Below, piece by piece: positions 24,587-31,496 of a stretch of 32,000 nt of DNA (its first letter is position 1; every line of letters starts with the position of its first letter). The notes under the pieces are model-generated. The model was not told the origin of the DNA. It did not search any database and worked only from the letters and a program-made list of their open reading frames with translations. Source of the DNA: Microbacterium phage Nucci; the sequence record MN096367.1; one strand, given 5' to 3'. Both the position numbers and the translations under genes were made by a program.

Positions 24587-25519
24587 TTACAGCAGGTCGG
24601 CCAGCGGAAGTTCCACCGGCTCGGAGTCGGTGGCCTTGTACCACTGCCTCCAGTTTACACCTACCCGCATGACCCCGCCTGCCTTGTTCTTCATGGACTC
24701 GCGGAGGAACGGGTAGATGTCAGGATAGTCTATTGCAGCGTTCTCAATGTCTACCCTACGTGCTTCGGGGTCGGTCGGGTCCAGTGGGATCGTGGTCTCA
24801 ATGTTTCCGTCCTGGTCGAATGCTACCACAGGCATCGTGAACCACTGCTGCCCACGGGTCATGACGTCCATGGCGAACGCCACGTCCTCGCCGTGCATGT
24901 GGAAGCGCTTAGGCAGCTCGAAGTTCTCCATCCTGGTCACGTCGTAGAACATGACGCTAGCAGGGAAGGTGCCCTTGTTGAGTGTGGCCCCGATGCTTGT
25001 GTCCACGTCTCCGCTGAAGAGCGCGTTGCGGGCTGCACCATACACAGCGTCGGCCACACTGGAGAAGACGCCGTCAGCGAGACGGCAGGCGACGGCCAGA
25101 CTGCGCACCAGCAGCATCGGCTCCTGGATGCCGCTGACCCCGGTGCTGTATCGCCGCGTGTGGTCGGGCTTGCCTTCCCGGGCGATGCGCTCCAGGAGGG
25201 ACAGGTGCCGGATGTCATCGTCGAACATTACGATGCGCTCGTAGCCTCTCTCCAGCGCGTCCTCCAGCGCCTGGGTACGTGCTGGCCCCAGCCCCGGCCT
25301 GCGGACGAGCACAGTCGTCGCCCAGGGGTAGTGCTTCTGGTACAGCTTGCGCTCCTCCCGGCGAACCACGATGTGGACCCGGCGCTGCACGCTGGCCGGA
25401 GCCGTCTGCAGCAGGTTCAGGAAGGGTGCTGTGCCCCCTCGGGTGTAGCTGGGCACGTAGATCGGCCATATCCAACTGGACTTGGCCCGCCTCAGCAGCT
25501 TTACATGTTCATTACTCAT
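24587..25519 (-). CDS. TET-associated-type/GT-A fold glycosyltransferase
   Basis: 310 aa from MSNEHVKLLRRAKSSWIWPIYVPSY; GLGPARTQALEDALERGYERIVMFDDDIRHL has the DxD-type motif; GGAGGAG upstream of ATG. Confidence 0.7.
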   Translation of the reverse strand: MSNEHVKLLRRAKSSWIWPIYVPSYTRGGTAPFLNLLQTAPASVQRRVHIVVRREERKLYQKHYPWATTVLVRRPGLGPARTQALEDALERGYERIVMFDDDIRHLSLLERIAREGKPDHTRRYSTGVSGIQEPMLLVRSLAVACRLADGVFSSVADAVYGAARNALFSGDVDTSIGATLNKGTFPASVMFYDVTRMENFELPKRFHMHGEDVAFAMDVMTRGQQWFTMPVVAFDQDGNIETTIPLDPTDPEARRVDIENAAIDYPDIYPFLRESMKNKAGGVMRVGVNWRQWYKATDSEPVELPLADLL

Positions 25520-25736
25520 GGCTCCTCCAGCCATCCCATTCAAACTCGGTACGGGAGTGCCCGACGCGCGAGTACATGCCGTCCCTGGTGCGGACCAGGT
25601 CTGCGGGGCTGCCGGTCTCCCCATAGACGAAGCTCGGGGGCAACATCTCACGGATGTGAAAGTGGCTGACGCCGTCCTCGAGTGCGATCTCCTTGCCGTG
25701 CATGGGACCGCCGAACAGCTTGATGTGTTGCGACAC
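25512..25736 (-). CDS. Small hypothetical protein
   Basis: 74 aa MSQHIKLFGGPMHGKEIALEDG..., a GGPxHG-type small phage protein; overlaps the glycosyltransferase start. Confidence 0.55.
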   Translation of the reverse strand: MSQHIKLFGGPMHGKEIALEDGVSHFHIREMLPPSFVYGETGSPADLVRTRDGMYSRVGHSRTEFEWDGWRSHE

Positions 25737-25760
25737 GGGGTGGACTCCCTGATAGTGGTG

Positions 25761-25798
25761 CTCCCCCTGCCCCGGCTTGTGCAGCAGGACAGGGGGAG
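25761..25798 (-). terminator. Hairpin between 25806-26090 and 25512-25736
   Basis: Perfect 9-bp inverted repeat CTCCCCCTG/CAGGGGGAG with 20-nt loop in the intergenic gap. Confidence 0.4.
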
Positions 25799-25805
25799 AC
25801 TCGGG

Positions 25806-26090
25806 TTACTTCTTCTTACGGTGCAGCGCGCCCCAGCCCCAGCGGGCACCAGCGACGAAGGCGTCCATGGTGTTCTTGGGCATCTGATCGTTCTTGAACA
25901 TGTCCAGAGCGATGGCTTCCGACTCCCGGTTGTAGGCCGTGATGTCCGGCTTGGGCTTGCGGATCTGCCACTTGCGGACCGCGTTCAGCGCACCCACGAA
26001 GATGGCGAACAGGATGATCAGTGCGCCGAGCACGATCATGGCCAGGAAGAACCAGCCAAGGATCGGCAGCACCCAGTCCCAGGGGTTCAC
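25806..26090 (-). CDS. Small membrane protein (GTG start)
   Basis: VNPWDWVLPILGWFFLAMIVLGALIILFAIFVGALNAVRKWQ...; GTG overlaps the stop of 26087-26884. Confidence 0.6.
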   Translation of the reverse strand: MNPWDWVLPILGWFFLAMIVLGALIILFAIFVGALNAVRKWQIRKPKPDITAYNRESEAIALDMFKNDQMPKNTMDAFVAGARWGWGALHRKKK

Positions 26091-26884
26091 AGCTCGAAGT
26101 CCAGTGTCTCGCCCGTGCCAGCAGGCTCGGTGCTGTGCGGGTCGCCGGAGCGCTCGGCCTGGTCCAGCCACACACGACGGGCCAGCCGCTCCTCGGTGTC
26201 CGCTGCCGTGTCGGCCAGCAGGTCGAAGTGACGCGGGTAGACGTGCAGGTTGGCCACCTGGAAGGTGATGTCCCCACGACGCACGTCCCGACCCCGGTTG
26301 TTGAGGTCGATGAGCAGGCGCTTCATCAGGTCGTCCCACATGCTGTAGTCCGCACGGTAGCCGAACACGGCGTCCATGCTGCGCATCTGGGCGATGATGT
26401 GCAGGCGACCGTCTGCGTCCACCATGAAGTTGAGCGCGTTGGTGCAGATGAAGTCGTTGCGACCGTTGTAGCTGGCCAGCTGATGGATGTCCCGGTCGCT
26501 GATGATGGCCACGGCGTGCCGGGTCTCCAGCCCTTCCTTGAGCAGCGTGATGAGCACGCGGTCGTAGAGCGTGGTGACGCGCGGGAGCAGCTCGTGGTCC
26601 CGGCTGAACAGGATGTGGCCGTAGGCACTGTTCACCGCACCGTCCCAGCCAGCGCACGCCTGGAACAGCTTCGGAACCGGGCCTTCCATGTCGGCGAGCT
26701 TGTTGCTGCCCGAGTTGAACCAGGCCAGCTCACGGCGAACCCAGTCGGGGTTCACATTGCCGATCATGGACTCGGTGGTTGCCTTCCAGTTCACCGAGTA
26801 CAGCACTCGGTTCCCGGTCCGCTCGTCGATGGGTGCGCTGGCAAGGGCCAGCACCACATCATCAACAGTGTTCTGCTTCAGCAT
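26087..26884 (-). CDS. Thymidylate synthase/deoxypyrimidine hydroxymethylase homolog
   Basis: 265 aa; DFICTNALNFMVDADGRLHIIAQMRSMDAVFGYRADYSMWDDL aligns with the TS catalytic Cys...QRSxDxxLGxPFN region, with substitutions as in hydroxymethylase-type members. Confidence 0.75.
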   Translation of the reverse strand: MLKQNTVDDVVLALASAPIDERTGNRVLYSVNWKATTESMIGNVNPDWVRRELAWFNSGSNKLADMEGPVPKLFQACAGWDGAVNSAYGHILFSRDHELLPRVTTLYDRVLITLLKEGLETRHAVAIISDRDIHQLASYNGRNDFICTNALNFMVDADGRLHIIAQMRSMDAVFGYRADYSMWDDLMKRLLIDLNNRGRDVRRGDITFQVANLHVYPRHFDLLADTAADTEERLARRVWLDQAERSGDPHSTEPAGTGETLDFEL

Positions 26885-26916
26885 GTTGTCCTCCTTGGAC
26901 TGCTATGGGTAACTAC

Positions 26917-26946
26917 AGGGTACTGCATGCTGGGGCTGGCGCACAA
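26917..26946 (-). promoter_or_regulatory. Promoter TTGTGC-N18-TACCCT
   Basis: Weaker member of the repeated promoter family; upstream of 26087-26884. Confidence 0.5.
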
Positions 26947-26961
26947 CCCCAACATGAAATT

Positions 26962-27120
26962 CTAGGCACCACAGAGGATGCAGGGCTGGGCCTTGTTGGG
27001 CTTCATGTGGTCGCCCCGCTCGCAGGCCTCAGCCGACGCCAGCTTCTTCTCCAGAATGCGGAGCTGAATGTTGGCCTGGTGGATCTCAGCGCGGAGCGCG
27101 TGTGCCGACTTGCGTGCCAT
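26962..27120 (-). CDS. Small Cys-containing protein
   Basis: MARKSAHALRAEIHQANIQLRILEKKLASAEACERGDHMKPNKAQPCILCGA; GGAAGGCCATC upstream of ATG. Confidence 0.6.
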   Translation of the reverse strand: MARKSAHALRAEIHQANIQLRILEKKLASAEACERGDHMKPNKAQPCILCGA

Positions 27121-27131
27121 GATGGCCTTCC

Positions 27132-27338
27132 TTACTTGATCAGGGCCAGGGCCGAAGCCGCTGCCCGGTTGCGGACGTCTGCCTTGCCGGTGTACATGGC
27201 GTCGGCCAGGTAGCCGATCTTGGTGGCGACAGCCTGGGTGACAACCTTGGTCTCAACTGCGTCGGCCAGCAGGCGACGGATAACGCGGCTGTCCTGGTCG
27301 TTGATTGCTGCGATGAGGAGCTTCTTGATGGTGTTCAT
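27132..27338 (-). CDS. Hypothetical 68 aa protein, probable leaderless mRNA
   Basis: MNTIKKLLIAAINDQDSRVIRRLLADAVETK...; promoter -10 ends 6 nt before ATG. Confidence 0.65.
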   Translation of the reverse strand: MNTIKKLLIAAINDQDSRVIRRLLADAVETKVVTQAVATKIGYLADAMYTGKADVRNRAAASALALIK

Positions 27339-27344
27339 GACTTC

Positions 27345-27373
27345 AGTATATACCCTTAGTTGAAGTGGCGCAA
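27345..27373 (-). promoter_or_regulatory. Promoter TTGCGC-N17-TATACT
   Basis: Strong member of the repeated family; TATACTGAAGTCATG. Confidence 0.75.
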
Positions 27374-27377
27374 GCGC

Positions 27378-27590
27378 CTACGCGGATTTCATGAATACAG
27401 CGTGGCCACATGAGAAGGTGTAGAACATGCCCTGCTGGGGCACGCCCGCGCAGACAGCCGTACCAGCCTCGACATCGACGACGGCACCGTGGCGCTGCTG
27501 CTGGAACTGAAGCCGGTCGAACGAGCTGGCCGTTGCCAGCCAAGCCCGCTCGACCTGGGTGAGCTTACCTGCGCTGCATGTGATGTCCAT
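27378..27590 (-). CDS. Hypothetical 70 aa protein, probable leaderless mRNA
   Basis: MDITCSAGKLTQVERAWLATASS...; TAAGCTGAAGCCATG, no Shine-Dalgarno. Confidence 0.6.
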   Translation of the reverse strand: MDITCSAGKLTQVERAWLATASSFDRLQFQQQRHGAVVDVEAGTAVCAGVPQQGMFYTFSCGHAVFMKSA

Positions 27591-27596
27591 GGCTTC

Positions 27597-27626
27597 AGCT
27601 TAGCAGTAGGTTCAGCCTTCCTGCAA
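27597..27626 (-). promoter_or_regulatory. Promoter TTGCAG-N18-TAAGCT
   Basis: Member of the repeated promoter family; extended -10 (TGC TAAGCT). Confidence 0.7.
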
Positions 27627-27752
27627 CTCCTCTTCCAGGTAGACCCGTCGCGCCTCGGTGCGCTCGTACTCGCTCAGGTCGCCCCACTGCACTTCGTCGC
27701 TCAGGGAGTTGAACCACTTCTTGGTCGCGCTCCATATGGCCTTGTCGTTCAC
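27612..27752 (-). CDS. Small acidic protein (GTG start)
   Basis: MNDKAIWSATKKWFNSLSDEVQWGDLSEYERTEARRVYLEEELQEG; GAGGAGG-CACC-GTG. Confidence 0.6.
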   Translation of the reverse strand: MNDKAIWSATKKWFNSLSDEVQWGDLSEYERTEARRVYLEEELQEG

Positions 27753-27795
27753 GGTGCCTCCTCGGCTGGTGGGAGGGCCGAAGCCCTCCCGAGGG

Positions 27796-28008
27796 TTAGT
27801 CGAGATCGAAGTGCTCGTTGCTGTAGGCGTAGATGGCCTCTTCCCACTGGCGGAACGTCAGGGTGGTGGTGCCGTCGGCGTTGATGTTACGGAAGAAGTA
27901 GCCCTCAAGCTGGTCGACCTCCTCACTGCTCCAGTCGTTCTCCAGCAGGTGGTTACGGACAATGGAGAACTCGGGCTTGACGGTGAGGTTGACCTTCTCG
28001 TTGTACAT
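27796..28008 (-). CDS. Hypothetical 70 aa protein
   Basis: MYNEKVNLTVKPEFSIVRNHLLENDWSSEEVDQLEGYFFRNINADGTTTLTFRQWEEAIYAYSNEHFDLD; CAAGGAG upstream; promoter at 28037-28066. Confidence 0.65.
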   Translation of the reverse strand: MYNEKVNLTVKPEFSIVRNHLLENDWSSEEVDQLEGYFFRNINADGTTTLTFRQWEEAIYAYSNEHFDLD

Positions 28009-28036
28009 TCTAACTCCTTGGCTTGTTGGTAACTTC

Positions 28037-28066
28037 AGCTTACACCAAGGGGCTGAAGGTATGCAA
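28037..28066 (-). promoter_or_regulatory. Promoter TTGCAT-N18-TAAGCT
   Basis: Member of the repeated promoter family. Confidence 0.7.
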
Positions 28067-28084
28067 CCCCCAGCCCCGAAGTGT

Positions 28085-28348
28085 TTACCAGTCGGACCCC
28101 AGGCTCTCGTCCTCGTCGTCAGGTGCTGCATCGCTGATGTGTACCTCAGTACCCCAGTTGGTCTGCAGAGAGCCGAAGCCTGCCCCGTAGCGCTGGCCGT
28201 TGGCGACGACCACCTTGGCGTCCTCACCGAACTGCTGGATGGCATCCTGCACGGCCGACAGCAGGTCAGCCAGGGTGACGTCCGTGTTGATCTGGTCAGG
28301 CGCGTAGCCCTGATTGTCGTTGACTCCGATGAGAACTGTGTTAGCCAT
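28085..28348 (-). CDS. Hypothetical 87 aa protein
   Basis: MANTVLIGVNDNQGYAPDQINTDVTLADLLSAVQDAIQQFGEDAKVV...; GGGAGGCC upstream; promoter at 28389-28418. Confidence 0.65.
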   Translation of the reverse strand: MANTVLIGVNDNQGYAPDQINTDVTLADLLSAVQDAIQQFGEDAKVVVANGQRYGAGFGSLQTNWGTEVHISDAAPDDEDESLGSDW

Positions 28349-28388
28349 GATGGCCTCCCTGCTGGTGGTGGACTTGCTTCGTACCTTC

Positions 28389-28418
28389 AGTGTATACCCT
28401 GGGGTGAAGGTTTCGCAA
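28389..28418 (-). promoter_or_regulatory. Promoter TTGCGA-N18-TACACT (or N16-TATACA)
   Basis: Member of the repeated promoter family. Confidence 0.7.
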
Positions 28419-28437
28419 CCCCCACCCCAGGAAAGTT

Positions 28438-28764
28438 TCAGGCCTCGACCGGGACCAGCTTCAGCTCGCCGTTGTTGGGGTAGCGACCCCGGCCAGTGAA
28501 GACCAGCTCGTAGACCGTGTCACCGATCTGAAGGTGCTCGCCGACGCCGATGCGGGGCTTGGGCGTGGTGTAGTGCGCCGAGATGGTGACACCGATGAGG
28601 GAGACCTCGGGCTTGCCGGAAGCGGTCGTGCCCTGGGCTGCGTAATACTTGCCCGACATGTCGATGTAGATGTGGCCGTCGATGCCCGCGATGTTGAAGA
28701 CCTCGCTGGAGATGTAGGTGGTGGGGTAACCGGCCTTGGTGCTGAGGGTAACGATGGTAGCCAT
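28438..28764 (-). CDS. Hypothetical 108 aa protein
   Basis: MATIVTLSTKAGYPTTYISSEVFNIAGIDGHIYIDMSG...; GGAGGCC upstream; promoter at 28804-28832. Confidence 0.65.
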   Translation of the reverse strand: MATIVTLSTKAGYPTTYISSEVFNIAGIDGHIYIDMSGKYYAAQGTTASGKPEVSLIGVTISAHYTTPKPRIGVGEHLQIGDTVYELVFTGRGRYPNNGELKLVPVEA

Positions 28765-28803
28765 TGGGGGCCTCCTGAAGTAGTGGACTTGCTGACATGA
28801 TCA

Positions 28804-28832
28804 ACAATACACACTTCAGAAGACCCCCGCAA
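28804..28832 (-). promoter_or_regulatory. Promoter TTGCGG-N17-TATTGT
   Basis: Member of the repeated promoter family. Confidence 0.55.
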
Positions 28833-28833
28833 C

Positions 28834-29706
28834 TTATTTCTTGAACTGCTCCGGAATGATCAGATCGAAGCTGCCGTTCCGGACGTAGGGCTGGCCCGTG
28901 CCCTTGTAGCCCTGCTGCACCAGCCGAGCATACTTGCTGTACTCGCAGAACACGTTCTGCACGTCCATCAAACTGGCGTGCCTGCCGTTGCTGTCGGGCA
29001 GTGCAGGCAGGCGCTCCACGGGGAAGCTGGTGATCGCCTTGACGGCCTCTGCGGGGCTGGCTGGTGTGGCCTTGCCCAACATGACCCCGACCCCCTTGCG
29101 ACTGCCCGGACCGGCCAGGATGTAGTCATTCTCCTGGTCAGGTTCGCCCCTGGTGTACCCGAGATCGGTAGCGATCTGCATGGCCAAAAATGGCCCCAGA
29201 CCAGGGGTTTCCTGCAGCAGCATGACCCGTGTCGCCAGGTTATCGACCTCGGCCACATGACCGAGCCAGGGTGCGGCAGCAGGGAACACGTCACGCATCT
29301 TGTCCACCGTGCCCCGGCTGTCGCCAGGCTTGATGAGGATGATGTATGCCCCGTTCAGGAACGCGCCAGGCCGTGCCTCCACCACGGGGGCGATGACCTT
29401 GTCGTACCACTTGGGGTTGAAGATGTCATCCGCCTCGGGCACGTACCCATCGTTCGCCTCGATGATGTCAGCCATCGTGTCAGGCCGGTTCACCTGACGG
29501 TAGAAGTAGCTGACTGCCAGCCGGTCCAGCGGGTCGCTGAACACGTTCATCAGGTCGAGCAGGTACTGACTGCCCCGGTCAATGACCCGGAACACGTTGG
29601 TGAACTTGCGCTGGGTCAGGATGGGCGACTTGACGGTCTTGCCCTCCCAGAGCCGGTGCCGTGCCTTGGCGAACTTGACCACGGTGTCAACCGATGCCAG
29701 GTTCAT
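28834..29706 (-). CDS. 5-hydroxymethyluracil DNA kinase-like protein (HMUDK / alpha-glutamyl-putrescinyl thymine pyrophosphorylase family)
   Basis: 290 aa; KARHRLWEGKTVKSPILTQRKFTNVFRVIDRGSQYLLDL and LLQETPGLGPFLAMQIATDLGYTR match my recollection of the family helical-domain pattern. Confidence 0.75.
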   Translation of the reverse strand: MNLASVDTVVKFAKARHRLWEGKTVKSPILTQRKFTNVFRVIDRGSQYLLDLMNVFSDPLDRLAVSYFYRQVNRPDTMADIIEANDGYVPEADDIFNPKWYDKVIAPVVEARPGAFLNGAYIILIKPGDSRGTVDKMRDVFPAAAPWLGHVAEVDNLATRVMLLQETPGLGPFLAMQIATDLGYTRGEPDQENDYILAGPGSRKGVGVMLGKATPASPAEAVKAITSFPVERLPALPDSNGRHASLMDVQNVFCEYSKYARLVQQGYKGTGQPYVRNGSFDLIIPEQFKK

Positions 29707-30044
29707 TTCCGTTTCCTACCCTTCTTGGGCTTGGCCTTGCCGTCGGCCGTGATGGCGACCCGAAGCTGCTCAATGACAGTGTCGAAGTCGTCCTGATTCC
29801 AGGCGTCCACAGCAGCCTCCAGCGCTGGCAGCGCGACACGGCAGATGGCGACCTGCGTGGCGTTGCTGGTGCTGGTGTGCTCGTACTTCTCCTGAGCACG
29901 TAGCTGGTGGAACTCCTCACGCTGCAAGTGCGTCAGCGTGTCGGTGATTGCCAGGTGCGCCTCGTCCCCGATGGTGCCCGAGTTGGCGCACTCCAGCAAG
30001 AGCGCGATAGTGATGTGGCCTGTCTGCCTCCGGCTTGCGTTCAC
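29703..30044 (-). CDS. Hypothetical protein with basic C-terminus
   Basis: 113 aa ending ADGKAKPKKGRKRK; ATGA-type overlap with the HMUDK-like gene. Confidence 0.55.
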   Translation of the reverse strand: MNASRRQTGHITIALLLECANSGTIGDEAHLAITDTLTHLQREEFHQLRAQEKYEHTSTSNATQVAICRVALPALEAAVDAWNQDDFDTVIEQLRVAITADGKAKPKKGRKRK

Positions 30045-30289
30045 GTGATGTCCGCCGTGAAGTACAAGCCGACCACGGTGTTCGGGTCAATCTGCGGGAA
30101 GGCGTTGGCGACCTCGGGGTAGGTCATGACGCGGGGTTCCGGGTCACGGGTCACCCTGGTCAGCCTGGCCTCCTGTGCCAGCGCTTCGAACTTCTGGTCG
30201 GCGGACTGCTGGGCCATCTGGACAGCGCCGCGCGGGTCGTGGTTATACAGCCCCACTTCCACGAAGACGACCTGGTATGCCTGAGGCAT
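30041..30289 (-). CDS. Hypothetical 82 aa protein
   Basis: MPQAYQVVFVEVGLYNHDPRGAVQMAQQSADQKF...; overlapping stop/start with neighbours. Confidence 0.55.
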   Translation of the reverse strand: MPQAYQVVFVEVGLYNHDPRGAVQMAQQSADQKFEALAQEARLTRVTRDPEPRVMTYPEVANAFPQIDPNTVVGLYFTADIT

Positions 30290-30765
30290 CAGTTGACCAT
30301 CCTTCCCACGTTGCGCTCGGCGCTGAAGTAGGCCACGTCAGCAGCCAGGTCGCGGCCCACGGCCTCGATGCGCATCGGTCGGCCTGCCAGGTCCGCCGCA
30401 CGCTGGCGCTCGGCACGCGGAGGCACGGCCTCCTTCTCGGTGAGCTGGGCACGGACCTCCTCGGGGATGCTGTGCCACAAGTTCTCCAGCGCCTGCACCA
30501 TGCCCTCGAGCACCGGCTGGAGTGCTTCCTGCAGCGCGACGATGAACTGCTGGATCATCTCGGCCACATACTGACCGATCGCCTCCAGGTCCGCCTGCTC
30601 CTTGGGCGTCAGCTCGCCTCCACCGTGCAGGGTGTCGGCGTAGCCCATCAGCCGGTTGAGCGGGTCCTCGGTGTGCCCAAGGCAGGTCAGCTCGCCCTCC
30701 TCAGGCTCCTGCCAGGTGTGGCCCTCATGCTTCTGCACGTTGGGGCACTGCATCGTGTACTTCAC
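30289..30765 (-). CDS. Hypothetical helical protein, N-terminal Cys/His pattern, probable GTG start
   Basis: 158 aa (V)KYTMQCPNVQKHEGHTWQEPEEGELTCLGHTEDP...; GGAAGG 7 nt upstream of GTG. Confidence 0.55.
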   Translation of the reverse strand: MKYTMQCPNVQKHEGHTWQEPEEGELTCLGHTEDPLNRLMGYADTLHGGGELTPKEQADLEAIGQYVAEMIQQFIVALQEALQPVLEGMVQALENLWHSIPEEVRAQLTEKEAVPPRAERQRAADLAGRPMRIEAVGRDLAADVAYFSAERNVGRMVN

Positions 30766-30899
30766 AGTCCGGCCCTTCCTTCCCAGGTGTGCCCGCCTTC
30801 GTCCTTCGGGCAGTCGCTCGACCCGCTGTCGTCCACGAAGTAGCCGTTCGGGTCGACCTGCAAGCTGACGTCGCAGTGATCGCAGAGGTAGCCCATCAT
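30762..30899 (-). CDS. Small zinc-finger-like protein
   Basis: MMGYLCDHCDVSLQVDPNGYFVDDSGSSDCPKDEGGHTWEGRAGL; overlaps both neighbours by a few nt. Confidence 0.55.
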   Translation of the reverse strand: MMGYLCDHCDVSLQVDPNGYFVDDSGSSDCPKDEGGHTWEGRAGL

Positions 30900-31171
30900 G
30901 CACCGACCGAAGTGCGCGCGTAGTTCTCGATGAGCTTGCTGCGGGTGAACTCCCGGAGCTTGCCGACGGTGTGCGGAGCCTTGGGTGCCTTGACGACACG
31001 GAACACACCAGGCGAGCTGAGCGTGGGCAGGGCCACAATCTCGACCTCGCGGTAGCGCGGCTTGGCCAGCTTCCGGCCGTTCTTCCCGAAGCGCTCGGTG
31101 TTCCGAACGTCGACGTCGATCCAGTGCTGCCCGACCTGAATGTCGACACTGTGGTTGATGCTCATGTTCAT
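30896..31171 (-). CDS. Hypothetical 91 aa protein, first leftward gene of the divergent region
   Basis: MNMSINHSVDIQVGQHWIDVDVRNTERFGKNGRKLAKPRYREVEIV...; promoter at 31212-31241. Confidence 0.6.
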   Translation of the reverse strand: MNMSINHSVDIQVGQHWIDVDVRNTERFGKNGRKLAKPRYREVEIVALPTLSSPGVFRVVKAPKAPHTVGKLREFTRSKLIENYARTSVGA

Positions 31172-31211
31172 CTCCTTGTTCTAAGACCTCCCGAATGAGG
31201 CCCGCTGCACC

Positions 31212-31241
31212 AGTATGCCCTATAGGTAACTAATAGCACAA
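31212..31241 (-). promoter_or_regulatory. Promoter TTGTGC-N18-CATACT
   Basis: Member of the repeated promoter family upstream of the terminal leftward gene group. Confidence 0.55.
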
Positions 31242-31320
31242 CCCTGAACCCTGCATCCCTTATATAAGTACCTATACGCGCGGGCGCGCGCTATCTGAAA
31301 GCTATAAGCACTCTTAGTAG

Positions 31321-31350
31321 CCTTCCCTGCCCGTCAAGGGCAAGGGAAGG
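31321..31350. terminator. Strong hairpin in the divergent intergenic region (terminator or structured leader)
   Basis: CCTTCCCTGCCC-gtcaa-GGGCaAGGGAAGG, 12 bp with one bulged A; no U-tract on either side. Confidence 0.35.
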
Positions 31351-31496
31351 TGGGTAATGGAGGGGGAGAGGCCGCACCACACTCACGACGGCGCTGAACC
31401 CATAGCACTCGCAGTGACGAACCCTCGGCACGCGCCGGAGGCGCTGCTCGGGTCCGCCATCGTGACCCTTATCGCTGCCCTGTACTGTCGCGCTTG

